From: Amoebophrya sp. A120
Lineage: Eukaryota > Protista > Dinoflagellata
Direction of reading: 5' to 3'
NCBI GenBank assembly: GCA_905178155.1
Contig: CAJINV010000011.1
Location: 2,437,331 to 2,501,330 of the forward strand
DNA: 64,000 bases
Below are positions 36,299 to 47,689 of the stretch, one piece after another. A program made the translations under genes and the position numbers. The notes under the pieces were generated by a model that was not told where the DNA came from, did no database searches, and was given only the letters and a program-made list of their open reading frames with translations. How positions within the stretch are numbered: position 1 is the first letter of the stretch; each line of letters opens with the position of its first letter.

Positions 36299-38395
36299 AT
36301 GCGCCGGAGCGGAGCTGGTGCTCCCAGGAGATCTTTCAACTCGGCAACGAGGCTCCTGCTGTCGCATTTGGCAGGAGCACTGCTCCGCGCGGCCTTATTT
36401 CCCAGTCCGATTTTCTTTTCCCTCTCCGCCACTGCCGTCCCAGTTCATCCGCCCACCGGCGCGAGCGACACACAGCACTCCGGCGCGACGAGCTCCACCA
36501 GTATTCATGTTATCGATCTTAAGGGCGTTTCCGGGAAAAGGTTTTCCGGCGACCGAATCCGGACGAGCAACGTGCCTTTGAATTTTCAGGGCGTCCGGCA
36601 ATCCGACCTGCGGCACGAGCGCGAACACAAGAATTGCGCCAAATGGATCGTGGTCACGAGCATTTTCCCGCCCTCCGACGCGGTGCGAAAGCTGGGCGAG
36701 ATGACGAAGAAGGGCTGGTGCTTCGTCGTTGTTGCGGACCAGAACGGGCCAAAAGATTACGACGACGTGGAAGGGGTTGTTTATCTCACCGTGGAGCAGC
36801 AGAAGCGATTGCACTACCACATTATCGACATCCTCCCATGGCGCCACTTCGGGCGGAAAAACATCGGTTTCCTGTACGCGATCGAGCACGGTGCGCAAGT
36901 GATCTACGACACGGACGATGATAACAGGATAAAGGAACTAGACATACCCATCTGGGGATCTTCATCTTCGGCAGGGGCTTCGACTGTTGCAACATCACAA
37001 ACACCAACTACAGAATCCTCCTCTAGTACTTTGGGCGCCAAAGAGTACGTCCCGTTGATGACGTACACGCCGGACCCCGCGTCTCGCCGGGGGAATTCCG
37101 CGGAGGAGTACTACACCAACGTGATTGAAACCTTCCAAAAGACCGGCGGTGCCGCGGGGAGGGTCGTAAACACGTACTTGGACTTCCAGCCGAGCTGCGG
37201 TTTAAGGATTTGGCCGCGCGGATACCCGCTGGACCACATCAACGACGTGCACGATTCGATTCTGATCCCGTATAATTCATCCATGAGCTCGACAAGTAGC
37301 TCTTCTCCTGGTCCGCAAGCTACTCGTGCCGCCGGTAGTACAGCTACAAGAAACAAACCCCCTGCCGTCCAACAGTTCCTCGCGGACGAGGACCCGGATG
37401 TGGATGCCATATACCGGCTGACGGGAAAACTCCCGTGCCGGTTCGAGGAGAAAAATAAGGGGATCGTCGTCCCGAAGGGCAAGTTCACACCCTACAACGC
37501 GCAGTGTGTGGTAAATCTGCAACCCGCGTTCTGGGCGTTGCTGTTACCGGTGACGTATGCATTGCAAAAATATCGCACTAGTGTGAACTGCATTACAAAT
37601 TCATGACAGATGGATATGCAATTTGTCATGCGGTTTTACCTTGGAATGGAGATTTGTCATGCATGATTGCGATTACTACGAGTACGAGCACGATACTTTT
37701 GCAATGCATATCACGGTGAACGGTCGCGTGTCCGATATTTGGCGGAGCTACATCGCGCAGAAATTGCTCTGGGATATCGACGAGGTATCTATCAAATGAG
37801 AGACAATTTCATCCTCAAGAACATTGATTTGTCATGCTGGCTGCCCGAAGTATCAACGACAACGACTCTTAGTCGTCCGCATGCAATACAAATCCCGTAA
37901 AAAAAAACAGCACGTCGCGTTCATGCCCGCCCATGTCGTCCACGACCGGGTCTTCCACGATTACCTGAAGGATTTCCAATCCGAATCGGATCTCTACCTC
38001 AAATCCGCCGCGCTAGTGAAATATGCATTGCAAAAGTATCGTACTAGTATAAATTGCATTGCAAATTTTGGCAAGAAGAGAAGTGGAATTTGTAATGCTG
38101 TTTTACCTTAGGAAGAGGATTTGTCATGCATATTAGCAATTAGTGCGAGTGCGATACTTTTGCACAGGATATGAAATTCCTGTCCCAGTGGACGAGCGCC
38201 GCGCCGACGCTCGTGGAACGGATAGAGCAGCTGTGGTCGGAGTTGTACGAGCGAGGTTTCATCGAAGTTACCGATTTAAAACTGGCCCAGGCGTGGATCC
38301 GGGATTTGCTCGCGCTGGGGTACCGTTTTCCGGATTTACAAATCCCGAAGATCCTGTCGCGCGAACACCTCGCGGCGCACCATGCGGAATTGTAG
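36299..38395 (+). CDS. STELLO-like (DUF288) putative glycosyltransferase
   Basis: WIVVTSI, RKNIGFLYAIEHGAQVIYDTDDDN, WPRGYPL, DPDVDAIYRLT, spliced LLPVTVNGRVSDIWRSY; GT-AG intron 37785-37910 and 2 introners. Confidence 0.88.
37556..37710 (+). mobile_element. Introner family B
   Basis: TIR tatgcattgcaaaaatatcg / cgatacttttgcaatgcata; DR tgacg/tcacg. Confidence 0.92.
38022..38171 (+). mobile_element. Introner family B
   Basis: TIR tatgcattgcaaaagtatcg / cgatacttttgcacaggata; DR tgaaa; gives LVK|FLSQW. Confidence 0.93.
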
Positions 38396-39141
38396 AGTGC
38401 TTTTTGTGTAGGTGTAGCTGAATGGTGAAGACAAATGTGACCATTCCGGCGCATTGCGATTGTGAAGTACGTATCAAAGAAGTTCTTGAAGTTCTTGTTA
38501 TTTCTGAGATGGACATAGGCACGATCTGAACCTTGTTAAGCGCGGGGAGACGCTATTGAACTATTCAGGGTTGACGTAGAATACGCAAGTTTTAGAAAAG
38601 GCTCATCCCCATTGCTGATGAAAATTGTACGATCATGTTCATCCCGAAAAGTCGAAATGCCGCAACGGTCATCGTGGCCGCGCGTCTTCTCAGGATCAAG
38701 ATTCACGACAGCTACGCCACAACACACAAGTGAGCCGCGCTCTGAAATATATAACAAGTGACACAAAGAACAAATGCACGAGCACGTCGTGGCCGCAACG
38801 ATCAGGTGATTCAACGAAGAGGCTGAAAATGAAATGCAAGTGGATACGAAATGATTGCATAGTTCCCCCGATGAACAATTCGAATCTCTTGCTGGATTGG
38901 TCTCTTCACCGCAAAAGGATTGCAGACAGGTGGATCGTTGAACTAAGAGGTGGAAATAGTGGATATTTTTTCTATGGTGGTCTTCATCCGTGGAGACAAG
39001 ATGGCCAAGGCTTTTTCTCTGACTGTAACGCATAAACGCGCCGCGATTTCTTATCTAGAAAGACATTCACATTCATTGACGCGTTAGATTATTTTCGTTT
39101 CTGCGATAGCCACACAAATCCGTTCGAATTCGTCCCACAAC

Positions 39142-41466
39142 ATGTCGCAGCTGTTCCGCCCCTCTGCTCACGATGAAGTCCAAACGGCAGAGAGTTTCGA
39201 CCTCTCGGCGGTCGCCGATGCCATCTGCAAGGAGATCTGTACCTTGCGAGACACTTCTCAACACGCGGGTCGTCCGCAGCGACGGTGGCGCATTGGGCTT
39301 CAGTTCCCGACGAGAAAAGGCTCAGTCACCGTGCACCGAGTTTTGATGGACTACATTCTGAATTGCCAGGCAGAAGATGATGAACATGCACAAGAGAGGC
39401 AGAGTAGAGATCGTCTCAGCACGTCCAGCGCAAGAGCACCAGGAGCTCCATCCACAAGAACAGCGTCTTCGTCGAGCCGTTCCCGTTCCACCCCGGAGCA
39501 TGAGCAAAAACCCTCTTGTTCACGACAAATAAACAGCAAAGTCACCGAGCATGATTTCCAGCTCTGCATCCTGGGCGACAGTGACTACGGCGCCTGCTGC
39601 GTCGACGAGGTCAGCGCGAAGCATTACAACTGTGATCGAATTGTGCACTTTGGGAAAACATGTCTGAGCCTACCCCAGAGCATTCCGACATTATTTGTCC
39701 CAAGAACAACGGGGCTGAAGCTGAACCGACGGACCGAACCTGCTTTGCTGGAAAGACTGAGGGAACTGCGAGACACACTGAGGGATAGTGTTGAAGGAGG
39801 AGCTGCAGTAGACGCAGACGACGCGGATGCCCCAGATGCTCGTGAAGGTCCAGATGAACTTCACACCAGCTATCGCAAATCGAAACTCGTGCTCGTCTAT
39901 GACGCTGGGTTTGAGGAAGAGGACCTGTGCAAGGCACTCCAACCCGATGTGGTCTTCTCCCTCCCTGAGGAAGTCCGAAGTTGGCGGTTTGTGTTGGCGA
40001 AAGGCAGTAGGGGGACAAGTAGGACGCACCATGGCTTGTACCAGTACAAGGGCCAGTGTGATGAAAAAGAAAATGCTGCTTTTGCTTCTCATCGAGCAGT
40101 ATCAGGTGGTGAAGCAACTTTCGGAGCGTCAACTTGCGGCTGTGGTCCGCACGACGGTAGCGACAGGCAGGCGAGCTACACCGGTTCTTCGATTTCTTGT
40201 GCGACTGATTCATCTTCCATGTGGTCACCTGCTGTCTACACGAGGGCGTTGCAAGCGCACGCCACCGGTTTGACCCCACTATGGTCCCGCTGGTTTATCC
40301 CGGATAATTCCCCGCTCGTCTGCGGACGCGTGTTGCAACGGAACCAGGTCGTTGTTGAGAGAGGATTTTCAACTTCTGAGAAAGAAGCCCAATCGCATCC
40401 AGATCTTCGACTACAGGCGTCGATTAAGCGGGGCTCTAATTATTTCCACTACGTCTACGTGGGGAACAGCCAAAGCCAGCTGGACGCGTTGGTTATGCGC
40501 TTCGGCTGCGTGCACCACGTGAAACTTCTGCAGGCTGTGGACAACAAGCAGCAAGCAACAGTTGAGCAAGTTTTTTCTACCAATTTGATGCAAAAACGCT
40601 ACAACGTCGGAGTGCAGGCGATCCGGAACGCCCGGCGTGTTGGGTTACTGTTCGCCACCGCGGATCGCCCATTCTTACAGACATTGGTTCTACATTTAGA
40701 GCACCACTTGCACCTCGCGCAAAAAGCCACCTACCGGGTTTCTATCGGAAAACTGGATGTGGCGAAGCTGTGCAACTTAGAAGAGGTCGATTGCTGGATC
40801 GTCCTTGCGTGTCCGGAGCGGTGCGGCCAGATCCTGGCGAAACAGCAGGAATTTCCGAAGCCCTTCGTCACCCCCTACGAGGCCCAGATCGCGCTCGACC
40901 TGCGATCTTGGGAGGGCGAGTTGGGGTATGTGACGGACCCCAGCGAGTTGGGGGCGGAATTGGATCGGGTTTTTAAAGAATCGGGCGCGAGTGGTGGCCC
41001 CGCGAATACGGGTGTTTTTGGTAGCGACAACGACGGTTCAGCGTCCGAGTACGAGGAAGAGACCGAGGACTTTCCGGAGATGGAGCGAGAAGACATGTCA
41101 GCTGTCACAGGCAATGACCCCAGAACAACAAGCACGGTGGTAAACGATCATCAGAATTTGAAGACGAACTACGATAGTACAGATGAGAATCGGCCCCCCG
41201 GATCGCCAGCAAACACTAGAAAACCTCCAAAGTGGAACTCGACCTTGCCGCAAAGTGGAAGAAAAAAACAGGAGGACACAGCATTACGTCGGAGAAAACG
41301 AAACTATCATCAAAAGATGTTGACCACCGGTAACGAGGCGCAGGATGCGCTCTTGTTCGAAAATTCCCGGCGCGCATGGCAGGGCTATGTCGACACACCA
41401 GCCGCGCCAGCGGTGCTCACGAAAGGAATGACTGGGATTGCGTCGAAGTACGAAGGGGAGGAATAA
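39142..41466 (+). CDS. DPH2: Diphthamide biosynthesis protein 2, with long insertions
   Basis: IGLQFP, ILGDSDYGACCVDEVSAKH..IVHFGKTCLS, GKLDVAKLCN, ACPE, PFVTPYE; DPH2-type C-terminus GMTGIASKYEGE. Confidence 0.88.
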   Translation: MSQLFRPSAHDEVQTAESFDLSAVADAICKEICTLRDTSQHAGRPQRRWRIGLQFPTRKGSVTVHRVLMDYILNCQAEDDEHAQERQSRDRLSTSSARAPGAPSTRTASSSSRSRSTPEHEQKPSCSRQINSKVTEHDFQLCILGDSDYGACCVDEVSAKHYNCDRIVHFGKTCLSLPQSIPTLFVPRTTGLKLNRRTEPALLERLRELRDTLRDSVEGGAAVDADDADAPDAREGPDELHTSYRKSKLVLVYDAGFEEEDLCKALQPDVVFSLPEEVRSWRFVLAKGSRGTSRTHHGLYQYKGQCDEKENAAFASHRAVSGGEATFGASTCGCGPHDGSDRQASYTGSSISCATDSSSMWSPAVYTRALQAHATGLTPLWSRWFIPDNSPLVCGRVLQRNQVVVERGFSTSEKEAQSHPDLRLQASIKRGSNYFHYVYVGNSQSQLDALVMRFGCVHHVKLLQAVDNKQQATVEQVFSTNLMQKRYNVGVQAIRNARRVGLLFATADRPFLQTLVLHLEHHLHLAQKATYRVSIGKLDVAKLCNLEEVDCWIVLACPERCGQILAKQQEFPKPFVTPYEAQIALDLRSWEGELGYVTDPSELGAELDRVFKESGASGGPANTGVFGSDNDGSASEYEEETEDFPEMEREDMSAVTGNDPRTTSTVVNDHQNLKTNYDSTDENRPPGSPANTRKPPKWNSTLPQSGRKKQEDTALRRRKRNYHQKMLTTGNEAQDALLFENSRRAWQGYVDTPAAPAVLTKGMTGIASKYEGEE

Positions 41467-42211
41467 GTAGTTGTAATTACGAGCTGAAGTACTATAGTTT
41501 TTCCAGCTTATTTGCGATTATGGTCCTTCTCATAAAAGGAAAAGCTTGTCGACTTCTCTGATGATTTCTGCAACATAACCCGCGAATATCTTTCGAACTT
41601 GAAGTAGCGACATGGCATGTACATGAAAAATAAAAAGGTTCTGAAAAATGAAATGCGACAATGTATTGCAGGCTGTAGGATTCTACATCTACCTTGCATG
41701 AGATTCATAGCGACGATGAGGTTTCTTGCTGTACTTACATAGGCTTCAGCTCTTCCTGATACATTCATGATCTTGCTGAGTTTTTCTGTTCCACTGTAGC
41801 CATGAGTATCTTTGTGAGGGCTGAAGCTCAAGAGTGACCACGGAGAGGCTCTCCTGTTAATGTTCTAGCAGATGTTTTGTTTTGTTGGTTGTTCGTCATT
41901 GTTTTCAGCGTCAACGGTGTGGTTGGAAGTTACTGCCGCTTCATTACCCTTAATCTCGTCTACGTTTTGCGTAGACAGGCAGGAGAATGAAAATGCCAAA
42001 GGCAAAGCAGAGCCCTCTCATCTGCACCCGCGGCGGTGATCTTGTTCTCCCGACCGCTGGCGCACGGCTACGACGTATGCTGAGAGAAGTCTGTCCCAGG
42101 AACGAGTAGAATGCACGAAGCTTACTAGACGTAAATCGCTGGCCTCTTTGGCTTTGTACGCTTTGGCAAGAAACCAAATGTGAATATTAGACAAAAAGCT
42201 GATAATCCAAG

Positions 42212-43318
42212 ATGACCGACCCCATGATGCGTAGTTCCAAGCAAAGCAACTCCGGCGCTGGAGGTGAGATCCCGACCGGACCGGAGAAGCTAGATCACGT
42301 TTTCGGGAGCAGTCAGGGAGATCACCTTACTTCGTCTGTTGCCAGCACGAGGAATAGTAGTTCTGCCGGTTCGGCTTCGTCCTCCTCGTCTTCAACCTCT
42401 AATGCGACGACAATTTCGGCTTCGAGCGCCACGAAAAACTACTATGTCGGGAAACACGGCAGCAACAGCAAGCCCCCAGCCACTCTTGTTCCCCGTCTGC
42501 AACTGGGGAGTAAGCTGCCACTTTCCGCGCAGAAGCCGCACTTTCGTGGCGGGGATGGATCCTCCGTTAGCGCTAGTCGCACCGTTGCGAAGAAAAAGGG
42601 CAGCTATCAAGACGCAACCCCAGCGACAATCTTCGACGAGGATGAACAAATAGATGAAGTCCAAGTTCATGTTGGACCACACGCAGGCGCAAAGGAACAG
42701 CTGCAAGAGGAAACCCACGCAACCTTCCACGGAGCAAGCGGTTCGGACGTCGCCACCGAATTCGACTTGGAAGAGGACGAAATGGCAATGACCAGAGAAG
42801 AACTCGCCCGGGACCTGGGCTTCTCCCCCCGAGCGATTTTCAGCGACTACCGCGAAGAACCGAGCGAAACGAGCAGCTATCACGATCGTACCGAGACGAG
42901 AAGTGGTCGTGGTCCGCCCGTAAGTGCGGGCAAGACGAAATTATCGTCGACGTCAACAAGAACTGGTTCTGGTAGAGGTGCTCGAGGTATATCAAGTAGA
43001 ATGGCGGCGGGTGATTTCTGGAACACGAATCCTGATGTTGTTTTCGAGCAAGCAGATGGCGTTGCAACCGAACTGCAGGACCACCAGCGATTGTACGACG
43101 ACGAGAAGCAGGAGGAGACCACCGAGCTACGGATCCGATACGTGGCGTTTTTCGTTCTTCTGCGCGTCGTCCTGTTTATCTTTCTGGAGCACGGCGGTGG
43201 TTCTCGGGCGGGGTTTCGGTGGGCACCGGACAGCGTACAGTTTTTGAAGAGCAGGAGGAGTAGAGCTGTGGGAAATGGAGGAGAAAAGCCTTTGGTTGAC
43301 CATGGGGGTGCCAGTTGA
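42212..43318 (+). CDS. Low-complexity protein of unknown function (3' end may be spliced)
   Basis: 368-aa ATG-initiated ORF; possible hydrophobic segment or intron near 43140. Confidence 0.6.
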   Translation: MTDPMMRSSKQSNSGAGGEIPTGPEKLDHVFGSSQGDHLTSSVASTRNSSSAGSASSSSSSTSNATTISASSATKNYYVGKHGSNSKPPATLVPRLQLGSKLPLSAQKPHFRGGDGSSVSASRTVAKKKGSYQDATPATIFDEDEQIDEVQVHVGPHAGAKEQLQEETHATFHGASGSDVATEFDLEEDEMAMTREELARDLGFSPRAIFSDYREEPSETSSYHDRTETRSGRGPPVSAGKTKLSSTSTRTGSGRGARGISSRMAAGDFWNTNPDVVFEQADGVATELQDHQRLYDDEKQEETTELRIRYVAFFVLLRVVLFIFLEHGGGSRAGFRWAPDSVQFLKSRRSRAVGNGGEKPLVDHGGAS

Positions 43319-44033
43319 CGAAATGGAATTGATAGTCTCTGACTTTTCTCCTGGTGCAAAGCATCAGACGTATCATTGGAAAATGTAAACAAGGCATCGT
43401 TTGTTCCCTCTGCTGCAGCGAAAGCGATCATTTTTTCACATCTGTGCGTTGAGCTGTTCTCGAGAACCCTGCAGTGGCAGGTCGAGGTAGACATTGTTGA
43501 TCTGCGACACCTGCTATCCTGATCTTCAGAGCTGATCATTCATATGCGATCGTGAACAGAATGACAAGTTTTTCTTTTTCCAGAGTTGTCAAGTTTTTCT
43601 TTTTCCAGTTGCTGTTTCTTAGAAAGCACTTTGAAGCTGATGAAGCGTCCGCGATTTTCATTGCTATGTTGGTCTCGGACGCAGCTTTACTTTGTCTGAT
43701 CGATCCGCGCACTTATTAGTCTCGCAAATCAATCTGTGTCTGTGCCTCGGAGGCTGCACGAGCAGAAAATACGTGGTAGCGCTTTTTGGTTATGCATCTG
43801 GATTTGAAAAAAAAGCACAATGTTGCGGTGCCTTTCGCTACAAGACAAAATCAATCCATTAACTTGTCGAAATTATAACCTCAGTACAGGTTTGTAGAGC
43901 AGACAGAATAAAAATTATGCTCGAATGAAAGGAAAAGGAGTTGAGTAGGAGGCCCTTCTTTTTGAATTTAAGTACTTTACTTTGCTTTTCTTTCTTGGTT
44001 CTTCGTAGCAATTCAATTACAGCTAGGAACAAA

Positions 44034-46830
44034 ATGCCATCTCCACCTAGTGCTTCCACTTCGAAGTCCACAGTTGTACCCACCACGAAAACCGGCGAGA
44101 AAGTTGATCCATTCGCCGCCTTGCCAAGCAATGTTGGGCTGCAAGTAGTGCATTTTCTGGACTTGCGCAGCGCAGACCGGTTCAGCAAGACCAGCGGTGC
44201 TTGCCGTCAAATTTTCGATGGGAGCGTGGAGAGCAGCACCAGTGTCAAATGCCCGGCTCTCTTCGTGTTGAATCTCTTGGACGGGTTTGGAGCCGACCTG
44301 GATTTTTTGGGTTGGTTGGACGTCACCAGTCTGGCGCGACTGCGGGAAGTTTCGATCATGTTCAAAACGTCCGTCGATGCGTATCTAATCTCCGACCGCG
44401 TGGTCCCGCTGTCGCCGCCGCTGCCGCCCGTTGAGGCGAGGGAGGAGCGCAGGAAGATCGCAGACGAGGACTCTCTCAGCCTGCGCCGCACGCGTCCGGT
44501 TCTTCACCTGCTCAGCATGCCGCATTCATCCAAACCTGAGCACGAAGACGCGAGCGTTCGACGGGTAGAACTCTTCAGAAACACCCGGTGCAGGACTGTA
44601 GCCGACCTCGATCGCGCCGGCGCGCCATGGTGCCGCTTCTACTTGTTGCGAGCCGGGTTGGACTGTCGCCAAGAAGCGGTTTGCAGGTTGATGTCGTTCA
44701 AAGAGGGAAACGACCGCTTCGCAGTCAAAAACGACTGGAGTGCGGCCGAAAAATGGATAAACCTGCGGAATAATATTTATCCTTTTTCGCTTGACCGCAG
44801 AGAACCTCACAGAATAAGTCTGCTGCGCGTGATCCAGAATCCGTTTTATTGTGCATGCGCGATGAAGCTGTCTTGGAACTACAATGACTACCCGCAACCG
44901 GCGCCTTTGTCGTGCTTTTTTGTAGTGCTGTTTCACTACTGTGCGTTGCTCAAATCGAAGCAGGCACAGGAGACCGCGGCTCCTTCGGGTTCGGACGAAC
45001 GAGGCGAAGAAGTACATAATACAGCAGACCCAGATCAACACAGCAAGCACCTCCTACAGGAGCAGGAGGAACACGATGTCACAATGAAGGAGCAAGAAGC
45101 TTCAAGTGGGGATGGAGGCGAAAAGGTCAATGAGGACGACGACGGCAAGACCAAGACACCAGACGAATCCACCAGCAAGCCCAGCAGCTTCAGCGACCTC
45201 GCGACGGACGCCAACCTTCAGGCCAAAGACCGGCTCGCCATTCAGCAGAGCTGGAGACAGTCTGGCTTTGCCCTTCTGATGCTCGTCATTGACTTTGCGC
45301 GCTACTTCTATCGTGTGGAGAATGGGCGGCTACCGGAAAGCGAGGTTGATGACGTTGTCCTGACTGAAGTTGGGGATTTTCTTCTGGACGCACTAGAAAA
45401 GGGGAAACCAGTTACAAGTTTTTGTGCAGACGGCTTCTTTTGGACTACAACCCCAGACCAACGCGTTTTGCAAACGGAAGCACCGACTTGGAGCAAAAGG
45501 CAGCGACGGACAGTAAATTCATCGATGTTCTTTTTCATTTTCATCGCACGGAAGACTACAAAAAGCAATTCTTTTTCATTCGTCCTATTATTTCATCCCC
45601 CTTGTTCGTGTACTACACGGAGCTTGGTTTCCTTTGATTTTATCAAGCGATGATGACGAACTTTATCCTACACCACAGTTATTGGACCACTGGTTACAGG
45701 CAGAGATTGAGTTTGGTTCGGAAGGGCTTTTTCAGATTCTTAGGCGACAGGAGCAGTTGACGCGCATACTGCCCCTACTCGCAAGCACCCTGTGGAACCA
45801 GACCCTTCGGTGGTTGCTACGGAGAAGCGCGCGGGGCGGCATGACCAGCGATGCACAGTTGTGCTTCCAGTTCCTCAATGTGCTAGATCCCTCCACCGCC
45901 AGTCTTGCTTACGATTTGAGGGATGAGGGCAGCGACCTGAGCTACAATTACGAGAGCGACAATGAGGCCAGCATGGAGGTCTCTGGTGACGATGAAGATG
46001 GAAGCGACGAGGGCGATGCGTGTAGCTCAGACGCGCCGGTGGAGTACGTGCTGAAAATTACCAACGAGGCAGTGCTAGCAACAGATTACGCCCATTGGTT
46101 TCATTGCCGGGCGAAAGCGGCGCGTACGGAAAATGACCCTGAAAACCTATTCATGATGCGTAACGAACCCCTGCGTCTGCGACGAGTAAACAATTTTAGC
46201 TACATGAAGAAATTCTCCCTCCGAGTCCGGAAGTACTACGAGCAAACAGAAGAGGACGCAAGGAACTTCTTCAAAAGTGCGGTTTTCTTGGAGTCGCCGC
46301 GCGTGCAGCAGTCTGTAGCCAAGTTTCTGGAAGCCTGCAGACCTGGCTTGGCAGCTTTTGCGGAAAACGAAGACGTGCGCTGGGGCTGTTCTGCTTTAAT
46401 TCTTTTGCCGTTACTGGACCTTTTGGTGGAGCTTGCGCCGGTGCTTGGAAAAGGGTGGGCGGCCACGATTTGTGGGTACATGTTTCCGTACGACAAGGAG
46501 GAGCTGGGGCGCGACGATTCCACACTTCCTCGTTGGCTGAAAGAACCGTGTAAGCGAAGAGTTGCGACCCTGGACGGCCAAAACGAAGTGGACCTGAACT
46601 GGATAACGGCAGCGCTCCATGGGAAGCAAGGTCACCTGTTCGAGCCGGAAGAAACGGAAGAAGACACAAATTCCATTCCCCGCGGTGTGCTGACTTCCCA
46701 TCAAGCGAAAGAACTTTGCCGAAAGCGACTAGCGGAGAATCCCTGGCTTCTGGGAGTTATGAAGTTGGACGCTAAAAATGTGCGGCTGCTATTGCGTTAT
46801 GTAGTAAGCATGTACGCGAAAGCGAATTGA
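44034..46830 (+). CDS. F-box-like protein, paralog 1 (exons 44034-45512, 45679-46830)
   Basis: FAALPSNVGLQVVHFLDLRSADRFSKTSGACR and a second motif LGWLDVTSLARLREVS; phase-0 GT-AG intron at the same position as in paralog 2. Confidence 0.75.
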
Positions 46831-47689
46831 AATTGTGCGTGGTACGAAGAGGAATCGAAATGCTCTTCGACGAGGAAAATACATGCAGCTACGACGCACG
46901 TGATTGAAGGCGAACATCGCCTTCGCAAGCTTCCGATACAGCTGAAATTGGTCTGTGGTTACCACGTTTGCATTCAAAATCCGTGCTGCAGCTCACGAAC
47001 CAATTCCAATAGCAGATGCGCGCATGAGACTTTGGCTTTCATAATTTCCCGTGCGCCGAAGGTAAAGAGGAGGGGGGCTATAGTTGTGGGAGGCGATTCA
47101 TCAGACTCGGAATTCGATTATGATGCAGCTCTAAGCGGCTCTGATAGAGATGAATAAGCTTGGAACTGCGACGCTGATAATGCAAAATGGTACTAGTCAA
47201 GATCTGGAAGTGGATGTTGTTGTTGGCAGATTATTTTCCTATACCTATTCCCCGATCACGTGTTTACAGTGCAGCAGCACGATCCACCCCATAGCAGATG
47301 CTAGGTGCTCAGGCACTTGTTGCACGAAACCGCTTTTGTCCCCTCATCATCAGAAACTGTTCGAGACAAGCTCTTTGTTTACGTTCGTTCGAGTTGCAGG
47401 TGCTTGCAGCCACGATCCATCGATATCCATCAAGACATGCTTCTTGCTAGGATCTCCATTGCCGAAAGCAGTAGCAAGACAAAATATGATCTTGACCTCG
47501 AGATCTTTGATCTGCGCCCTATTTTTGCTGATGTTCAATGTTCTCCTGGCTCTTGGGTTGCTTCGGTTGCATCAAAAAAAGCTGCGTGGTTCCAGAAAAA
47601 AAAGCTTAAGGTGAATGTAAAAATGTAAATGTTTTGATTGGTCATCGTCATGCCAACAACGTAGTACTCGCACATCAATCTTTATCAAC

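Noticed and set aside
43565-43610. About 19-bp tandem duplication caagtttttctttttccag
   Set aside because: Simple slippage duplication with no further structure.
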